From assembly GCA_964016885.1 (NCBI GenBank), contig CAXHJY010001637.1, positions 1-64,000 on the forward strand: a stretch of 64,000 nucleotides of DNA, in the 5' to 3' direction. The number at the start of each line of letters is the position of its first letter. Position 1 is the first letter of the stretch. The notes under the pieces were generated by a model, which saw nothing but the letters and a program-made list of their open reading frames with translations, did no database searches and was not told the origin of the DNA. Below are positions 63,816 to 64,000 of this stretch, piece after piece. The DNA comes from Eledone cirrhosa. Taxonomy: Eukaryota. The position numbers were made by a program, and so were the translations under genes.

Positions 63816-63860
63816 GCTTACAATGTTTCTTCCTTACGTAACTGTAGGATTCGTCAGAGC
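63816..63860 (-). ncRNA. Minimal type I HHR near a (TA)n junction
   Basis: GCU-CUGACGA-A-UCCUAC(AGUUAC)GUAAGGA-A-GAAA-CAUUG-UA-AGC; ~140 nt from (TA)n at 63672. Confidence 0.75.
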
Positions 63861-64000
63861 TATAAAAGGGGTTTGATTGGTATTATGGACTCTACCAACC
63901 AAACATTCAAGAACAAAGAGTAAAGAGAGTAAAGAGCAAAAGTAGGGGACGATAAGTCTAATTTTGGTGCGGGAGGGTGGGGTGTGGTTCCTTGTTTACT

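Overview
Animal (eukaryotic) genomic DNA, not prokaryotic. The tRNA-derived SINEs resemble octopod cephalopod repeats (inference). Roughly half the window is (TA)n-type and other microsatellite, so most of the ORF track (IY/TH/RE repeats) is noise, and no host gene is securely identifiable. The (TA)n arrays are packed with retroelements. These include one full-unit but frameshifted Penelope-like element (PLE; RT + C-terminal GIY-YIG, ~4.06-kb unit, tandem and inverted pseudo-LTRs), three endonuclease-only PLE fragments with a CxCx5C linker (Hydra-clade-like) and two near-identical CR1-group LINEs. A Tx1-type LINE sits in (GATA)/(GA)n, and RTE 3' fragments, SINEs and a small MITE are also present. 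The main signal the ORF track misses is at RNA level: about 20 type I hammerhead-ribozyme (HHR) motifs read by eye from at least 10 unrelated families. Several use the covarying U3-A8 core (UUGANAA) instead of CUGANGA. Two non-coding, terminally redundant HHR elements (468-nt and 595-nt units) look like retrozyme-type integrations of circular RNA. About 15 insertions are asymmetric 'tails-out' fold-backs, and many of their inversion points lie inside the ribozyme. All ribozyme calls are manual structure readings; none is tested for activity.
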